Shown here piece by piece: positions 42,111 through 55,850 of a stretch of DNA of 64,000 nt. Under the pieces are notes generated by a model. The model had not been told where the DNA came from. It ran no database searches and was given only the letters and a program-made list of their open reading frames with translations. Origin of the DNA: Bispira polyomma. Its lineage: Eukaryota. The stretch is taken from the NCBI GenBank assembly GCA_965649765.1, contig OZ287753.1, forward strand, positions 12,524,001 through 12,588,000. Reading direction: 5' to 3'. A program made the translations under genes and the position numbers. Numbering within the stretch: the stretch's first letter is position 1; every line of letters begins with the position of its first letter.

Positions 42111-43989
42111 GGTACATATCTAGCACATGCCTATATTTTTTTTCCAAAAACAAGCTACCCTTCAGTGGTATATTATCTTTCCCCAAAGATGTTATACCCA
42201 AATGACCAATTATGGTGGTGTTACCAAAAGTTAAACCGGGCATCGTCTGATCACCAGACCACAATTACTCAATTGGGAAACATAACATAATTATCTTTTT
42301 TTATGTGCTGTTTAATAATATTATGGCGATTTTCTTTTGTTTTTAGAATCTGAGTAGACCAACCAACTTAAAGTGCTGTCATCCCTTTTCTTCTGGCAAG
42401 GCAGCTTATAGAAGCAACAGTAACTGACAAATCACGGGCTGGATACACAGGCTCTTCTAGGAGGAGGTGGCAGACATCCTCAAGAGTCCAGCGGCCATAT
42501 TCTCTAAAACAACTCAAGTTCAAAATCAGACTTAAGGTCAACTCTGAGATTTTTGCTCAGTTGCACATCTAGACATGTTGGCACAGGTCCAAGATAACAA
42601 CCGGCCAATCAAACATACTGTTATATATGGTCACATGATCATTTTGTTTATTCTTGTGAAATTCTTAATACAGTTAAGGGTTTGGTGACGTAAACACGTA
42701 AAACGATCGCCGATAACCACCTTATGTGGGCTCGAGCTTCTCAGAAACTACACAACCTTTTCTTTGTAGCCTTAAACCCGTTTTATAGATAAAATATTTA
42801 CATTTTCACCAGTATAAAGAATGACTAATATTTTAATTATATACTAATTCATATATTTTAAGTTTCATTTTAATAGATATCTTGAGACATACAATACATA
42901 TAGCAGTGTGTCATATTGTAACTAAAATGGGTAATATTTGCAAAGTACATGCTCCACTAACGTGACACAATTCATATACCAACAGGAGATCAATACTGAA
43001 GTATTGTACATGAATAGAAAAAGGAAAACATCAGCATTATTTTGAATGAATTCGTTTTTCAAGGAAAGCACAAAAACTGGATAATTTTAGAAAAACTTTA
43101 AAGTTACACTGTTCTAAATAGAAAGATACTTAGTTTTCTTTGTCTATACAAAATAAGGAGACATGTTTAAAAATGTAATTCATTGAAAACAATATACACG
43201 TTTTTTAAAGTTGTGTAGCCTATATAATGTCTTCATTTATGCTGGATCAATACTTGTATTGTGTCACAATAGAAGGGGCTCTCTGCGAGAAATGTTTACA
43301 AATATGACGTTCCACTATAGATTTCAAATTGTGTGACGTCACAATACAGGAATCGTTGTATGGGTGTTTTTATAGTTTTATAGCATAATATTAACCTTTT
43401 AAATAGTTTGGGTGTATTAAAATGGTTAAGAAACCATACTAAAGTGTACTTTACAGTCCTTATATTTGGTATACAGACTAGAAATGACTCTCGTAAAAAT
43501 AGCATGCCAGTTCCCTATGTGTAAGTCTCAGTAAATTAGTGATGTGAAAGTGTCTGCAGTTGGTGATACAAGACAATAAAAAGATACTGTTTTGGAGTTT
43601 ATTTTCCTATACAAGTTAGTATAGCTATGTACAATATGCAGTAGTTAATATAAAATATTTAAAATTTCAAGGGGTAACTGAGATTTTAAATGAACCCAAA
43701 CCCAAGTCAGAGGGAAGTGGGGACATTGTTTGCAAAAGTATGTGGAATCACAGAGGCAGCTTGTGATGTAGATTGAAGATAAGTCCATACAGCTGAGCTG
43801 CGCCAAAGTCCGTGTGCCATAATATTTTGTAAAGAAATGTTGCTATTAAATGCCAATGTTGCACCGGACCTACAAAATTATTATTATTACTATTATTATT
43901 ATTATTATTTATATTATTATTATAGATTTTTAACGCGCTTTATTGATGCTAGGCATCTTCTAAAGCGCAACAGCAGAATCATTAGTGTA

Positions 43990-44168
43990 GAAAACCATGT
44001 GTAGAGTGATCAATTCCAATATGTTGAAGTATCATTTTTAATGCTGCCCTAATGTGTGAGTCCACTACAGGGTAATGAGGGGGTTGTGCTGAGGTGAACA
44101 AGGGGGCGGAAGGCGCCAGCCCTCTGTTATTGATCAAACCATGAAGTGCTGTAACTGGACATAGTAAT
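43990..44168 (-). pseudogene. Tyrosine recombinase fragment
   Basis: Minus-strand LLCPVTALHGLINNRGLAPSAPLFTSAQPPHYPVVDSHIRAALKMILQHIGIDHSTHGF: the CPV.AL, PLF and pre-HxxR segments of DIRS-order YRs. This frame is not in the ORF track. Confidence 0.78.
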
Positions 44169-44565
44169 GGAAATCATCATGACCAGCCATAGCTGGAACA
44201 GGGCATATAAGTTTAATGACAAGGAAATGATGGGGGCAGCAGACACTCATGACAACTATAGTAAGGACCTGGCATGTCATATGACTTTTGGTCATGATTA
44301 TTCTCAGTACATGTGTAATATCATAGATAAGATCATTGAAAAAGATACCATGTATGTTAAATGTAATAAAGTTCAAAAACCCAGAGATAATTGGAAAAAT
44401 ATGCACAAGGTGAGTTGTACTTCCGCTCCGCTCATTAACAACCTGGATGGGCTGGTGGGCCCTGACATGGAGGTTAATTCTTCTTCAAAAACGTTACCCA
44501 ATAAGGACATCGACAACCCTGATAAAAACACAGGTTTTATCAAACTTACTAGTACTCCATTTCAA
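44169..44565 (+). repeat. 397-bp inverted duplication of 45078-45474
   Basis: Reverse complement with only about 5 substitutions; explains ORF 44167-44586. Confidence 0.95.
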
Positions 44566-44582
44566 AGGGGTTGGTGGTGGGT

Positions 44583-46213
44583 ATAAAATTTTGTGTTGTC
44601 ATAACTGTCCCTACTGGCGTGATCATTTACTGAATCACCCAATGGGTGGGAAAGATTTAGAATGACTCTACGTTTATCCTGATCTTTAGGTCTGGTTAAC
44701 AAGGGGGAACAATGGTAATGTGGATCTGGAAGTATGTCCACTGGACCTAACATGGCCCCTTTAGACTTCTCTTTCTCAAGATATTGAACAATCGCATTTG
44801 AGTATTCAAGAGCCAAGTGATGATTAGTCACGTGTTTAGCTTGCAACTGATCTGCATTATATAATGACAACGGAAAACCGAATTTCAAGTATTGTGTAAC
44901 TATCTTATCTGGGTGATCCTGCGTTATTTTTTCCCATGCAGCGATATTTAGTTGAGACTTGATAGGTATTCTTGCCTGTCTGTAATTCGGAAGTCCTGTG
45001 TCTCTTATAATATTTGCAACATGCATAATGTTCTCAATACTATCTAGCAGAACCGAATCCCTGTCTGGTCCTACAAATTGAAATGGAGTACTAGTAAGTT
45101 TGATAAAACCTGTGTTTTTATCAGGGTTGTCGATGTCCTTATTGGGTAACGTTTTTGAAGAAGAATTAACCTCCATGTCAGGGCCCACCAGCCCATCCAG
45201 GTTGTTAATGAGCGGATCGAAAGTACAACTCACCTTGTGCATATTTTTCCAATTATTTCTGGGTTTTTGAACTTTATTACATTTAACATACATGGTATCT
45301 TTTTCAATGATCTTATCTATGATATTACACATGTACTGAGAATAATCATGACCAAAAGTCATATGACATGCCAGGTCCTTACTATAGTTGTCATGAGCGT
45401 CTGCTGCCCCCATCATTTCCTTGTCATTAAAGTTATATGCCCTGTTCCAGCTATGGCTGGTCATGATGATTTCCTGCCTTTCTACAACATCTAACCGAAA
45501 ACCTGGCATGGCATCCAAGCGTGTATAATTGAAAGTATTACCTGCCTGATCCCACTCCCTAGTGCAAAAACCTGACATGTCATGATAATTTGGAAACTGC
45601 AAGTATACCAAAACTTTAACCATGCCATTGCTGGAATAGTAATCATAGTAATCATAATTCATTACAGAAACTATACATTTAGTCTCAAAAGTGCCTCCAT
45701 ACCACAGCACACACTGTTTGTCATATTGTTTATCATCTGGTCTCTGAACATGACAATAGCCATGTCTATAATTAAACCCGTCTACATCAAACAGAAAGTT
45801 ATTATTACCATTGCTATGGTAGCCTAATTGGGTAAATTCAAATTTTTGTGATATTTCCACAATTTGATTTTCCTTTCTTGGGAAATCTCCTCTGCTACCC
45901 TGCAAATTTCCCTTACAGTGTTTAATCATGTCTGTTTTCTTGTTAAACCTGTCATTGCCCTGTTCAGAGACACTAGGAATAGTGGTTTCACCATTTACAA
46001 TTATTTTTACATTTGTATTTTTATACTGCTATTTTTAACTATATGGGGCCCCTGTGGGGTCCTCTGTGATTCTTTTGAACCAACTAAACATATACTTTTT
46101 ACCTTATAGCTGTCGTCATTTCCAACATTATTATAATTACTGACTATATCTCTAGTACTCTTAAATAAACTGCACTCTCTGATAGTTCGTTTACTTGGTT
46201 GTCGATCTACTTC
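44583..46213 (-). pseudogene. pol N-terminal part of Ngaro-like copy 2 (unassigned domain + start of RT)
   Basis: ORF 45929-44562 homologous to 61236-62400 (FIGPDRDSV / FVGPDRDSV, PNY.QARIPIKSQLNI, YLKFGFPL). One frameshift in an A-run near 46020. Confidence 0.85.
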
Positions 46214-47070
46214 CTAACTGGGTGTCTGCTTGTCCGAGGATCTTTTGGTGACATTCGCCTTAACACATTTGAATTCTGGATGTGTGTTCTCCCTATTTGC
46301 TGAGCGAAAACAATGGTTACATATGTGGCGATATTGTCCGTGGCCGGACTCGTGGTTGCAAGTGCCGTTATTGTAAAATTTACAAACATTCTTGGGTTTT
46401 TGTGATGCCTGTGATGCCTGTGGGGCCTGCGCGACGTGGCCGTTAATCAGAGCCAGCTGCAATGTATTCATGCGATTTAGAGCCCACTGTGTAGAGTTCG
46501 ACCAATCCAGTCTACCCTCTTCCACCTCCTGCATGTTCAATGCCCAACCTGCTCTAACAGCTGGCCAGGGAAGAGAAGCCGAATCCCTCAGAGTATAAAT
46601 CATTTGGTACATCATGTGCCGCATGGTAGTGGCATCTGAGACTTGTACAATGTTAAATAACTGCCCGGCAGCCTACTGTGACAGTGAGAAGTCATCAAAG
46701 CTAGGTCGTTTCCGAGCAGTGCCTCCGATCCAGCCCTCGTTTGACCACCGAGATTGTGGATCAGACGTAATAACGTCTGTGGTGTTAAACCGACCGGATG
46801 TGTAGGAGAGGTTAATGGGGTCGAGTTACACGCACCTTTAAATTCCACCTTATCGAGCCGTCTATTATTTTCAGAATTTGCTGATTCCAGCCTTTTTGAA
46901 ATAGTCATTACGTCTGAAATACCATTCTCACCCGTCGCTGTCTGTGCTTCTGTCTCCTTTGTGATCCTAAGTTTCCTAACTACTGGATCTGTGCCTTTGG
47001 TTGTCCCGCGTTTAGAGGTCGTTTTCTTCTTGGATAACGGAACACTACCTGGTGTTTTCGTCTTCCCCAT
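46214..47070 (-). pseudogene. gag-like ORF1 of Ngaro-like copy 2 (about 270-bp internal deletion with frameshift, one stop)
   Basis: MGKTKTPGSVPL...DPVV...NSTPL then SGRFNTTD...LPWPAVR..WALNMQEVEEGRLDW...CKFYNNGTCNHESGHGQYRHICNHC..HPEFKC, homologous to 60099-61061. Confidence 0.85.
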
Positions 47071-49542
47071 ATTGTGTAAATATTAAAACACTAATAAAAT
47101 CACTTGTAAAAGAACATAAAACTTTAAATGTATAACAGTTATAAATTTTTTTTTTTATTTGTTGTTGATCCTTCTAATTAAGGGTGGCCTAATTAGTGAT
47201 TGGTTCATTAGGACATGTGTGAGGAAAATGTGTGTGCACAAGAATAGTCTTTTTAAAAGGGGTATTTATTGGGATGGTGAACTGATTCAGCAGACCCCTA
47301 AAGTTGTCGTGCTCGACATTTATTCAAGGCCTGTTTATGTGTTTACGTTACTAAAGCCTTAAGTAAAGGTACAGCCTTGCTCAACTTTGAGCTTGAGTTG
47401 AGCAAATATTTCAGCTCAAAATATTGGAGAATACAAACTGAGTTGAGATATAATATTATCTCAACTAAGCAAAAACTCAGAATTGAGTCGAATTTTGAAC
47501 CTAGGTTTCTTTCAGGAATATGGCGGATGGGACAGCATAAAAAGCAATATTAAAATGAATGGTTACAAGTATAGGTTACTTCCATCGACAAAGATTTCCA
47601 CATAGCCTTCATTTGAGCTGAGTAATTTTGAGTTTCAGTTTTTTTGGAGAATACAGGTCCAGGTTTAATTTTTGCTATAGCTAGGACCAAGTTGCAGTGG
47701 ATGTTTTTGTAGTAGCGTGGTCTCCAGAGTTTGTGTAATACAAATGAAAGATCCAGAGGATTCTTTGGTGTGAAGGTAAAACTAATACTTTGTGACAGTC
47801 AAAAACAGTAGTTTTGACTATCTTTTATGTGTTTTAGCCTTGTCTAGAGTCACTCCAATACCACTAAAAGAGCAAGATGTTTCCTACCGTGTGAATGTGA
47901 AGCTAACACTTTATGACAGTCAAAAACATTGGATTTGAATATCTGTTATATTTGTACACTCTCAGCCCACAACTGGAGACCAACATTTTGTTTCCTATCA
48001 GTTCCTCATGGGCCAGCATGGTCATGTTTTATGTTGTCAGTTCAGTTTGTACACTCTCAGCCCACAGCTGGAGACCAACATGTGCTCTCCTATCAGTTCC
48101 TCATAGGCCAGCTTGGCCATGTTTTATGTTGTCAGTCCAACAGCCGAATTTAAAAAGGTAGAATACTGAAGATACTGAGGCTTTTATAGTACAAGGCAAT
48201 GAACTGGTCCCCTAAAACTGATCATACCACCACTAGGGTGGTGCCCCGCAAATCCTGGTGATTGGAAGTTGATCTGGTGTTCAAAATGCCGGTTGGGAGG
48301 CTTGGTCTGGTATGGCCCTGGGGTTCGACTCCTAATAGTTGGCACTGGTTACATTTGTAGGATGGCATCCTTGGACAATATTGCTAACATGTCTTTGTAT
48401 AGTGGCTCAGATAAATCTTTAAAATGGTGTCCCTCTGCCATTGGGTCCGATCCCCAGTGGCTGGCTAAAGATTGTTGGAGCCGTTGATAAATTGTGTCAT
48501 CTCCAAGCCCCTCTCTTCGGTTAGGCGAATGATAGTGTTTCATGCTGGTTGGTTGTTGGCAATCAAAAAAAAAATTTTTAGGATTAAGTATTGCTTTAAG
48601 TTATAGATGAATGTAGATAAATGCGCAAAGTATAACATTGAAAGCAGAACAGGTTGTCTCCTTGGTCCAAAGATTAGGCCAGATAACTACTGGAGTCTCA
48701 TCATCTGATATAACTATTTTTACCACCAGCAGCTTCAAATAACTATTATTTCGTCTATTTCTGGAACATCTTTTTTAAAAACCCAGGTCCTTAAACCAAA
48801 AGCCCAAAATGCGTATATGAATAGTGTAATAGTGTAAATAATGCTAATGGTACGACACATGTAACAATGTTAACTGAAACAGTTCATTCACACATTGCTG
48901 TCTTTCAGCCATTATATTACATATTTTAAGTTTTACGCTTTCAAAATTCCTCATGTCACAGTATGATGGACAGTTCACTGGTGGAGGAAATCAGAACAGT
49001 TGGTAGTTGGTCAAGATTTTCTGCTCTACAATACACCAGCCTTCAGCAAGTCTAGTGCTAACCTTTCCACATATACTCAGGCACAATATTCGAACCTCCA
49101 CTGCAGCGGTGGGAGGCAAGTGTGTTGCCACTACACCACAGATGCTTCTTAAGCCTTTTTTTGCAACAATCAGCCATATTGTGTTCAAACATTTCAAAAT
49201 AGTTTTTACCATTTGGTCAATTACATTTCATTAGTTACATATTATAAAGACAGGAAGTGCACATCGAACACAAAAGCCGTCAGTGATCAATTTGTAACTG
49301 TACTATATCTGGGAGAATAATGTACATATAAAAAGTTCCCAGAAAATATAAAAGATATTGCACAGTAAGTTGGACAATATCTTATTATTTCCTTTAAAAT
49401 ACACTGTTGTCAGTCTTTTTAATAGGAATAAAGTACCTATCGGCCCTTGTCCATTATTCCGCCTTAAGTCAGTCCTTTAATCACTAATACAGTACCAACC
49501 CTTGAACTGTATTTCTACAATAAACTACATAAATAAAAAATA

Positions 49543-49601
<59 letters not shown>

Positions 49602-52600
49602 CTGTTAAACTATTAAAACTGTCCTATATGTGATAATTTTTATCATGTAAGTCAAGGTTTTTTCTTGTTGAATTTTTTTGTTCTGAGGTGTTATACCCAG
49701 TTACCCTATTTCCCCGCCTATCTTTTCTTTTCTTTCCCTTCCAAGTACTTGTGAATGTATGGTAATAAATGACAGAGATTACAACACAGTGTCCTAACTT
49801 ATGTTAATCTGAACCATGATTGCTCCCTTCCCCTCTTTCAGACAGAAGATAAAGTAACTGACTGACATTTAGAAGCCAGGCTAACTACCATAGAAAGATG
49901 GGTATTTTTTGTAGGGGGTGGATGGAATGGGAGGGTGCAGAAGGGGGACTTAGAGCACATTGACTTGAAGGGTATATGTCATCTCAGCTAAAGAGGAACA
50001 ATCCCATAACAAAGGAGCATTCTTCATGACCAGACTAGGCATATTTTCCTGGAACAGGCTAAGTTTTAGTTTAGCTCACCCCAAAAAATTTAAGGTGGCC
50101 ATAACATATATATATATATTTACAGATTCAGTAAATGTTTGAAATGTGTGTTCTTGCTATTTCCATTTTGTGAAGATTTGTGACCATATCCAAAAACTTC
50201 AGTCTTCTAAATATTATTATTTTCAAAAGTCATCATGTACATCATGTACATGTACTATACAAGAGGATAGTTCTTGGTGTCTCCAATAGGAGGGAATGAG
50301 GGTGTAAAACTACTTAATAAATAGCTGTAGGGTTGTACATTCATTTAGGTATTGTACTTGACACAACCAGTTAGTCTTTGTCTTCCTCATTCTATCCCCA
50401 GTACAACAAGGGCAAGGTCTCCCCACACCCCCTCCAGATTTATATCATCTACAGCTGTTCCAGTGTGTATGTCTAGCTTTAGAAACCATTGACTTGAACT
50501 ATTTCAATCCTACTCAAGGTCTTTTTTTATCAGGCACATTTAAGATGAAGAGCTTTCTCTACTGCTGCCCCTATGTCATGGAATAGTCTCCAAGTTAAGC
50601 TAAGATTGCTTGAAATACTATCTGAGTTTAGAAAAAAAGCTTAAAACCCATCTTTAAAAACTCGCCTAACTCCCCCATAGTCTATCTCCCTGTATACCCC
50701 TCACATCCTTCCTTACAACCTTGGCTATGGTTTTGGACCTTTCGTTTGGTTTACTAATCCTGTTGTTGCGCTTAAGGAGATGCCAATGTCGCTAATATTT
50801 TTTTTTCAAAAAGACGACTCTTGTTTTTTATTTATCTTTAGCTCATCACAATTTGAATTAAAGTGCCATACATCAAACCTCGGAAAATGACACAGTACTT
50901 ATGACAGAATGGTTGGATTCTTACAGTGAAATAGAAATATTTTGATCTAGTTTGTTTTTTCACACATTTATATCTTTAGAGGTTGCAAAGAGCATCAGTT
51001 CTATTTTTAGCTCATATATTAAAAAAACAGTATAATATAGGTTTATTTTTACTCTATTATTGCTGCTATTATTTATACAATCACCAATTTCCTAGTAATA
51101 TTAAAACAATTTAAATAAGCAAATTTGCAATAAGGTGAAAAACAAGTTAATGTCCCTAAAGGTAACACGTCCTAGCTTTTGAGATATGACTTTTAAGAGT
51201 ACTGCCAAAACCCAAATAAGGGCTTTGTACAAAACCTATCTGCTGTATCTGCTGCCATGTTGGAAATTTTAGACAATAAATATTGACTATTTTAGGAATT
51301 TAAGATGGTTGACACCTTGGGTTACCATTAAAGAAAATTAAGTTGACTATGGGTCTTGATGACATGGTCACCATAACTTAAGATCAGCATAAATTGATAC
51401 AAGTAAATTGTATCTGGAAATACTCCTGTGAATTTATGTTTGCTGTTATTGCAAAGGTTAACATGTGAACAAATGTGAACAAATGTGTCTGTCTATATCT
51501 ATATTGTAAGCCAACATGTTGCCCCCCCAAAGAGTAAAATTTTAAGCATAAAAATCATCTTTACTTGTCCTGAGAAAAATAAACGTGAATCAATAGCTAA
51601 GTGCAAAATGGATATATTTAAACTTTGTTGACAAATGTTTTGTGTTATCTCCTGCAATATTTATGGGTCTTCTACATGAACAGGGAACATTTTTCTATAG
51701 AAGCCGTGTTTGCTTTTTGTTAATATATATTTAGTGCAGCAAAGCTAAATAAAGGTACCAATGGAAAGTTTCTGTGAAATTACATTTTATTGTATTATTT
51801 TTTTAGGCATCTTCTAAAGCGCAACAACAGAATCAATTAACCAATTTCAAAATATACATAGCCAGGTCATTAGGGAAGGATGTGGGGTGTACAGTGAAGG
51901 AACTAAGGGGGTTAAGCGAGTTTGAAGAGATAGGTTTTTAAGTTTTCTCACAATGCCGAGGAAAGTGTTTCTAATGATCTAAGCTCAAATGGGAGACTAT
52001 TCCATTATAGCATTGGGGGCAGCAATAAAGAAAGCTCTACAATCAGTCCACTTATTTGGAAAGAAAACCCCCCATTTAACCAACTTATTAGTGCATAAAA
52101 GGGAAATAATTTCTGCATGAATTGCACCTCTTTCTTCTTTGATTCAAATAATTGTGTCCAGTTTGTTTATTCAGCTACAAATGTTTATGGGCTTTTTATG
52201 TGGTTTTCATTCTGTAAAGAGAGTTGCCATCTTAAAAAAATTTTAGCTTGGTTAGAAATAATTGACTCGTCCAAACTGAGGGTTGTCAGATTATTATTAC
52301 CGGGCGCCTCCGAGGAGTGTCAGATTTGCCTGAGTACATAGTGGCCATATCAACAATGTTAGTGCATTTTACACTGTGTGGGCCTGTGTCCTTTTAAAAA
52401 AAGACAATTCTTGTTTCTATCCATGATTACATATTTTATCAGCCTTTTTACAATCTTATAAACTGGATAAATGGAAGGGAAAATAAAAAAGTGTGTGATT
52501 GTGTGTGTGGGTGAGTGAGTGTGTTGTATGGTTGTATATTAAGTGCTTTAGAGCTGCACCACTAAAGGGTTAATCCATCTATAAACTAAATTAGTGTCAC

Positions 52601-52974
52601 TATCTGACTGTGTGGCCGGAGTCTTTAATAACACTTGAAACAGTAAAGAAAAAGACAAAATAAAGTGGGCAGCTAATCATTGAAATTCAATACTAGTAGA
52701 GCTCAAACAACGAAAGAAAACAACGGAAGAATACAAACCACTTCAAATCAATGTTTTCTTCCATAAATGGTGAAATACTTGTTGATTTATGGCGGTTGTG
52801 CGTGTTATTTTTAGGGGTGCATAAGCATGTTTTTTCCAGTTTTCAGGCGGAATTTTAATAAATAAGCTTTAACTAAACTAAAGAATAAAGGGCAATTTTT
52901 TCACAAAAATGACATTGATTTTACCTGAAGAAGAAAATCTAACTATAAAATCGATAAACTGAATGAAGTATCTA

Positions 52975-53155
52975 GCCAACTTATAGTGGTTAGTGAGTTG
53001 GTCTGATGATCAGAAGGTCCTATCCCGGGTACTGGCTGCAAGTTTCATTTGCAGGATAACATCCTTGGGCAAGATGTGTACACACATTTTCCAAGTGGCT
53101 CGGATGACCACTTAAAATGGCGGTCCTCTGTCACTACTGGATCCTATCTCCAGAT
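52975..53155 (+). mobile_element. tRNA-derived SINE (family 2)
   Basis: Co-linear with 20985-21170. Confidence 0.7.
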
Positions 53156-54494
53156 GATGCTAAATATAAACAGTGCTGGATGTAAGCGATAATACATTTA
53201 AGTACTTTTCTTAGGGTTATATAGGTTAATATGTTTATGCTTTCTATATTACTGTATCTGTGGTTATGCAGTGTTGTTTATATAGACCTTGAACTATTTC
53301 CAGCCAAATTTTTATTATTTTAGCGTTGATTCTAGCGAAGTTTCTCACTATGAAGAAAGGCGATAAGAAATGTTTTTAAAACCGCCTTCTAGTACGGGGA
53401 ACCCTGTCTATAATTTCCCATACGTTTTCCTATTTTCCCGAACCTTCTGCAGTCAGCAGTGCAAGGCGAAGGTTTTGGTTAGGGTCAAGGCAGAAAAAGG
53501 GGGAAAAAGGCTTTTGTCCATTTTCTGAGTGTTTACAGGTATTGCCAAATCACTATTGTAACTCTTTCATCTTAGTAACTGTGTGTTCCTACCTATTTCC
53601 GACTATTTCCAGATCGCTACTGTTAAAATTTTTGTGTCTGTTATTGTATGTTCCTGTCTGTTTCCGTTCGTTCGTAAAAAGTTTCAGGACAGTCTATTCG
53701 CCTAGATGGAACAGCAGATTTACTAGGCGGAAAGACAAGTTACAATACCTTGTGGTAAAGCCTACCATACCGATAATATGAGAATGGGGCATACCATTAA
53801 TTGTAGTTTAGAACCAGTAACCCTGTAGCATTAGTAGCATTTGAATAGCAGTAGTAGAAATCACAACAAAAGATTGAGCGGTCAGTCCTTTCATGGAACA
53901 CTTTAATCTCCCCCTAAAGAAGGATTTATTGAACATAAGATTAGAAATATGACCTTTTTGATAATTACCTTCTGCTGGGTTATTAATCTTTCACAGTCTG
54001 AAAACGGTTAAGAAATTTAACTGTAAGAGTCTTATAGTTTATTTTTATAGGTAATATAACCACATAATTGCTTTTTGTCTATAAAAGGGGACAATATATA
54101 TGATACTTTCTGGTCTCTAATTAACAGCTTTAGATACAGTAAGAATGTATTTAGTGATCCCATTTTAAACATCCTAGAGTATTTTCATTAAGATAAGATA
54201 AAACTGGTATAAGTAACCCTAATACTTTCATTATTCCCGTGATTTGATATCTGCTTATTTGCTTATTTAGGGGGATTTGGAATGTGATTTTTGGTAGGCT
54301 AGCTTGATAGCAGATTAGGATACCATTCTAGGGCCGGTTAATATGACCGATTTGTCTTATATACAATATAAGCAGTTGTCCAGTGCATCTAACGTGCATA
54401 GAAATGGTTCTAGTGGCGGCCATCTTGAAAAGTGATCACACCACAGACAGAAATTAAACTGGTATCACATTGCATCAGTATAAATACCACAACT

Positions 54495-55000
54495 AGCCAA
54501 CTCGGTCAACTCAACTAACCAAAGGCTAAAACATAAGGTTAATCTGATCACACCAGTAAACTCAATTGATCAAGAAATAAGGCTAACTGAGCAAATCAGT
54601 CAACTCGACTGATCAAGAAATAAGATTAACTGATCTAATCAGTAAACTCAACTGTTCGAGAAGTAAATTTAATTTTATCACGAAATAAAATTAGCTGATG
54701 ATCAGTAAACTCATTCAATCCAGTACAAGTAGTAAGATTAACTGATCCAATCAATAAAATTAATTGATGAAGAATTGAGGTTAACAGGTCAAATCAGTTG
54801 ACTCAACTGATCAAAAAATAAGGTAAACTGATCAATACCTAAAGGTAACAAATCTAAGTACTAAAATAATCTGATCAAGTATTAAGTTTTACTGATCAAA
54901 TCAACAAACTAAACTGATGAAGATCTATATAGTAAACTCAAGTGATCAACTCACCAATCTGATCAACACCCAATAAACTCAACTAAACACCTTAACAGGT
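54495..55000. repeat. Degenerate tandem repeat, about 43-bp unit built from aactgatc subunits
   Basis: TAAGGTTAACTGATCAAATCAGTAAACTCAACTGATCAAGAAA-like units. Confidence 0.75.
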
Positions 55001-55408
55001 AATCACTTCAGTAAACCCTGGTCCCACTAATACATCAGAAACCTTCCTCATTTCAAAGTTCCCGGCGGTACCTGATAGTCGCCTGATAATATAAATCTAA
55101 CAACCCTCAGTTTCGCCAGGTTGATTGCTTCCAACTAATCCGTAAAGGCCTTACATATTTCCAAAATAGCGGCGCCCTGTAAAAAGTGAAAACAAAATCA
55201 GGCTGCGCTTTGATAAAGCTACAGCTTACATTCAACTCTATAATTAAATGCACTAAACTTGGCAATATATTAGAGGAGAGTTATATTTGATACACTGTCT
55301 GTTTGTGGGTGTAGTATTTCTAATTTGTGGAAAGTTACCGCAGTTAGAGTTTTGCTTGTATTTCACACCTACAGTTTGGAATTTTCTGCATCTATATATA
55401 TTTATATA

Positions 55409-55850
55409 TGTCATAGTAAAAAGTCCAAACTGGTAGAATTTGAAATTCTACTGGTAAAAACTCCAATAGACTTTCTACCGGTGAAGAAATAAAAAGAAAA
55501 CACAACCTGTGATTTATGTTTTATTGTTTTAAAAAATGCGGTACATTGCTATATAAGACACCTTGACTAATTAATGATGTTTACATATTTGTTTTGTATT
55601 ACAACAATTGCAGCAACTATCTTGTCATATTAATGCTGTGAAAAACTAAAAGATTCTCAGTATTTTTATTACTGACATATTTGTCAGTAACATATGAGAT
55701 ACTTTGACAAATTGATCTTATTTATCATAAAAAAGAGTGTTGAGTCAGTAATGTAAAATACAATTTGATTTTTTTTCTCATAACAAACAGAATTGGACTA
55801 TCTACCAGTAAAATGTCAAGTTCTACCAGATTGGACTTTCTACCATGACA
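55409..55850. mobile_element. MITE with TGT...ACA termini inserted in a TA run (Ginger-like)
   Basis: About 60-bp imperfect TIR TGTCATAGTAAAAAGTCCAAACTGGTAGAA / TTCTACCAGATTGGACTTTCTACCATGACA, flanked by TATA on both sides. Confidence 0.7.

Larger units (their letters stand above)
43990..47330 (-). mobile_element. Tyrosine-recombinase retrotransposon (DIRS order, Ngaro-like), copy 2, internally deleted and rearranged
   Basis: gag 47070-46214; pol N-terminus to RT start (CSPLLTRPK..KRRVILNLS); YR remnant at 44168-43990. The 5' region shares actttagggg.ctgct..cagtt.acc and actattcttg with copy 1. Confidence 0.88.

Noticed and set aside
44167-44586. 139-aa plus-strand ORF as an independent gene
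   Set aside because: It is the inverted duplicate of part of the retrotransposon pol; the ATG and stop come from the junctions.
47770-48170. Local direct duplications (about 55 bp and 95 bp) and ORFs 47913-48161
   Set aside because: Simple local duplications with no coding signature or recognisable structure.
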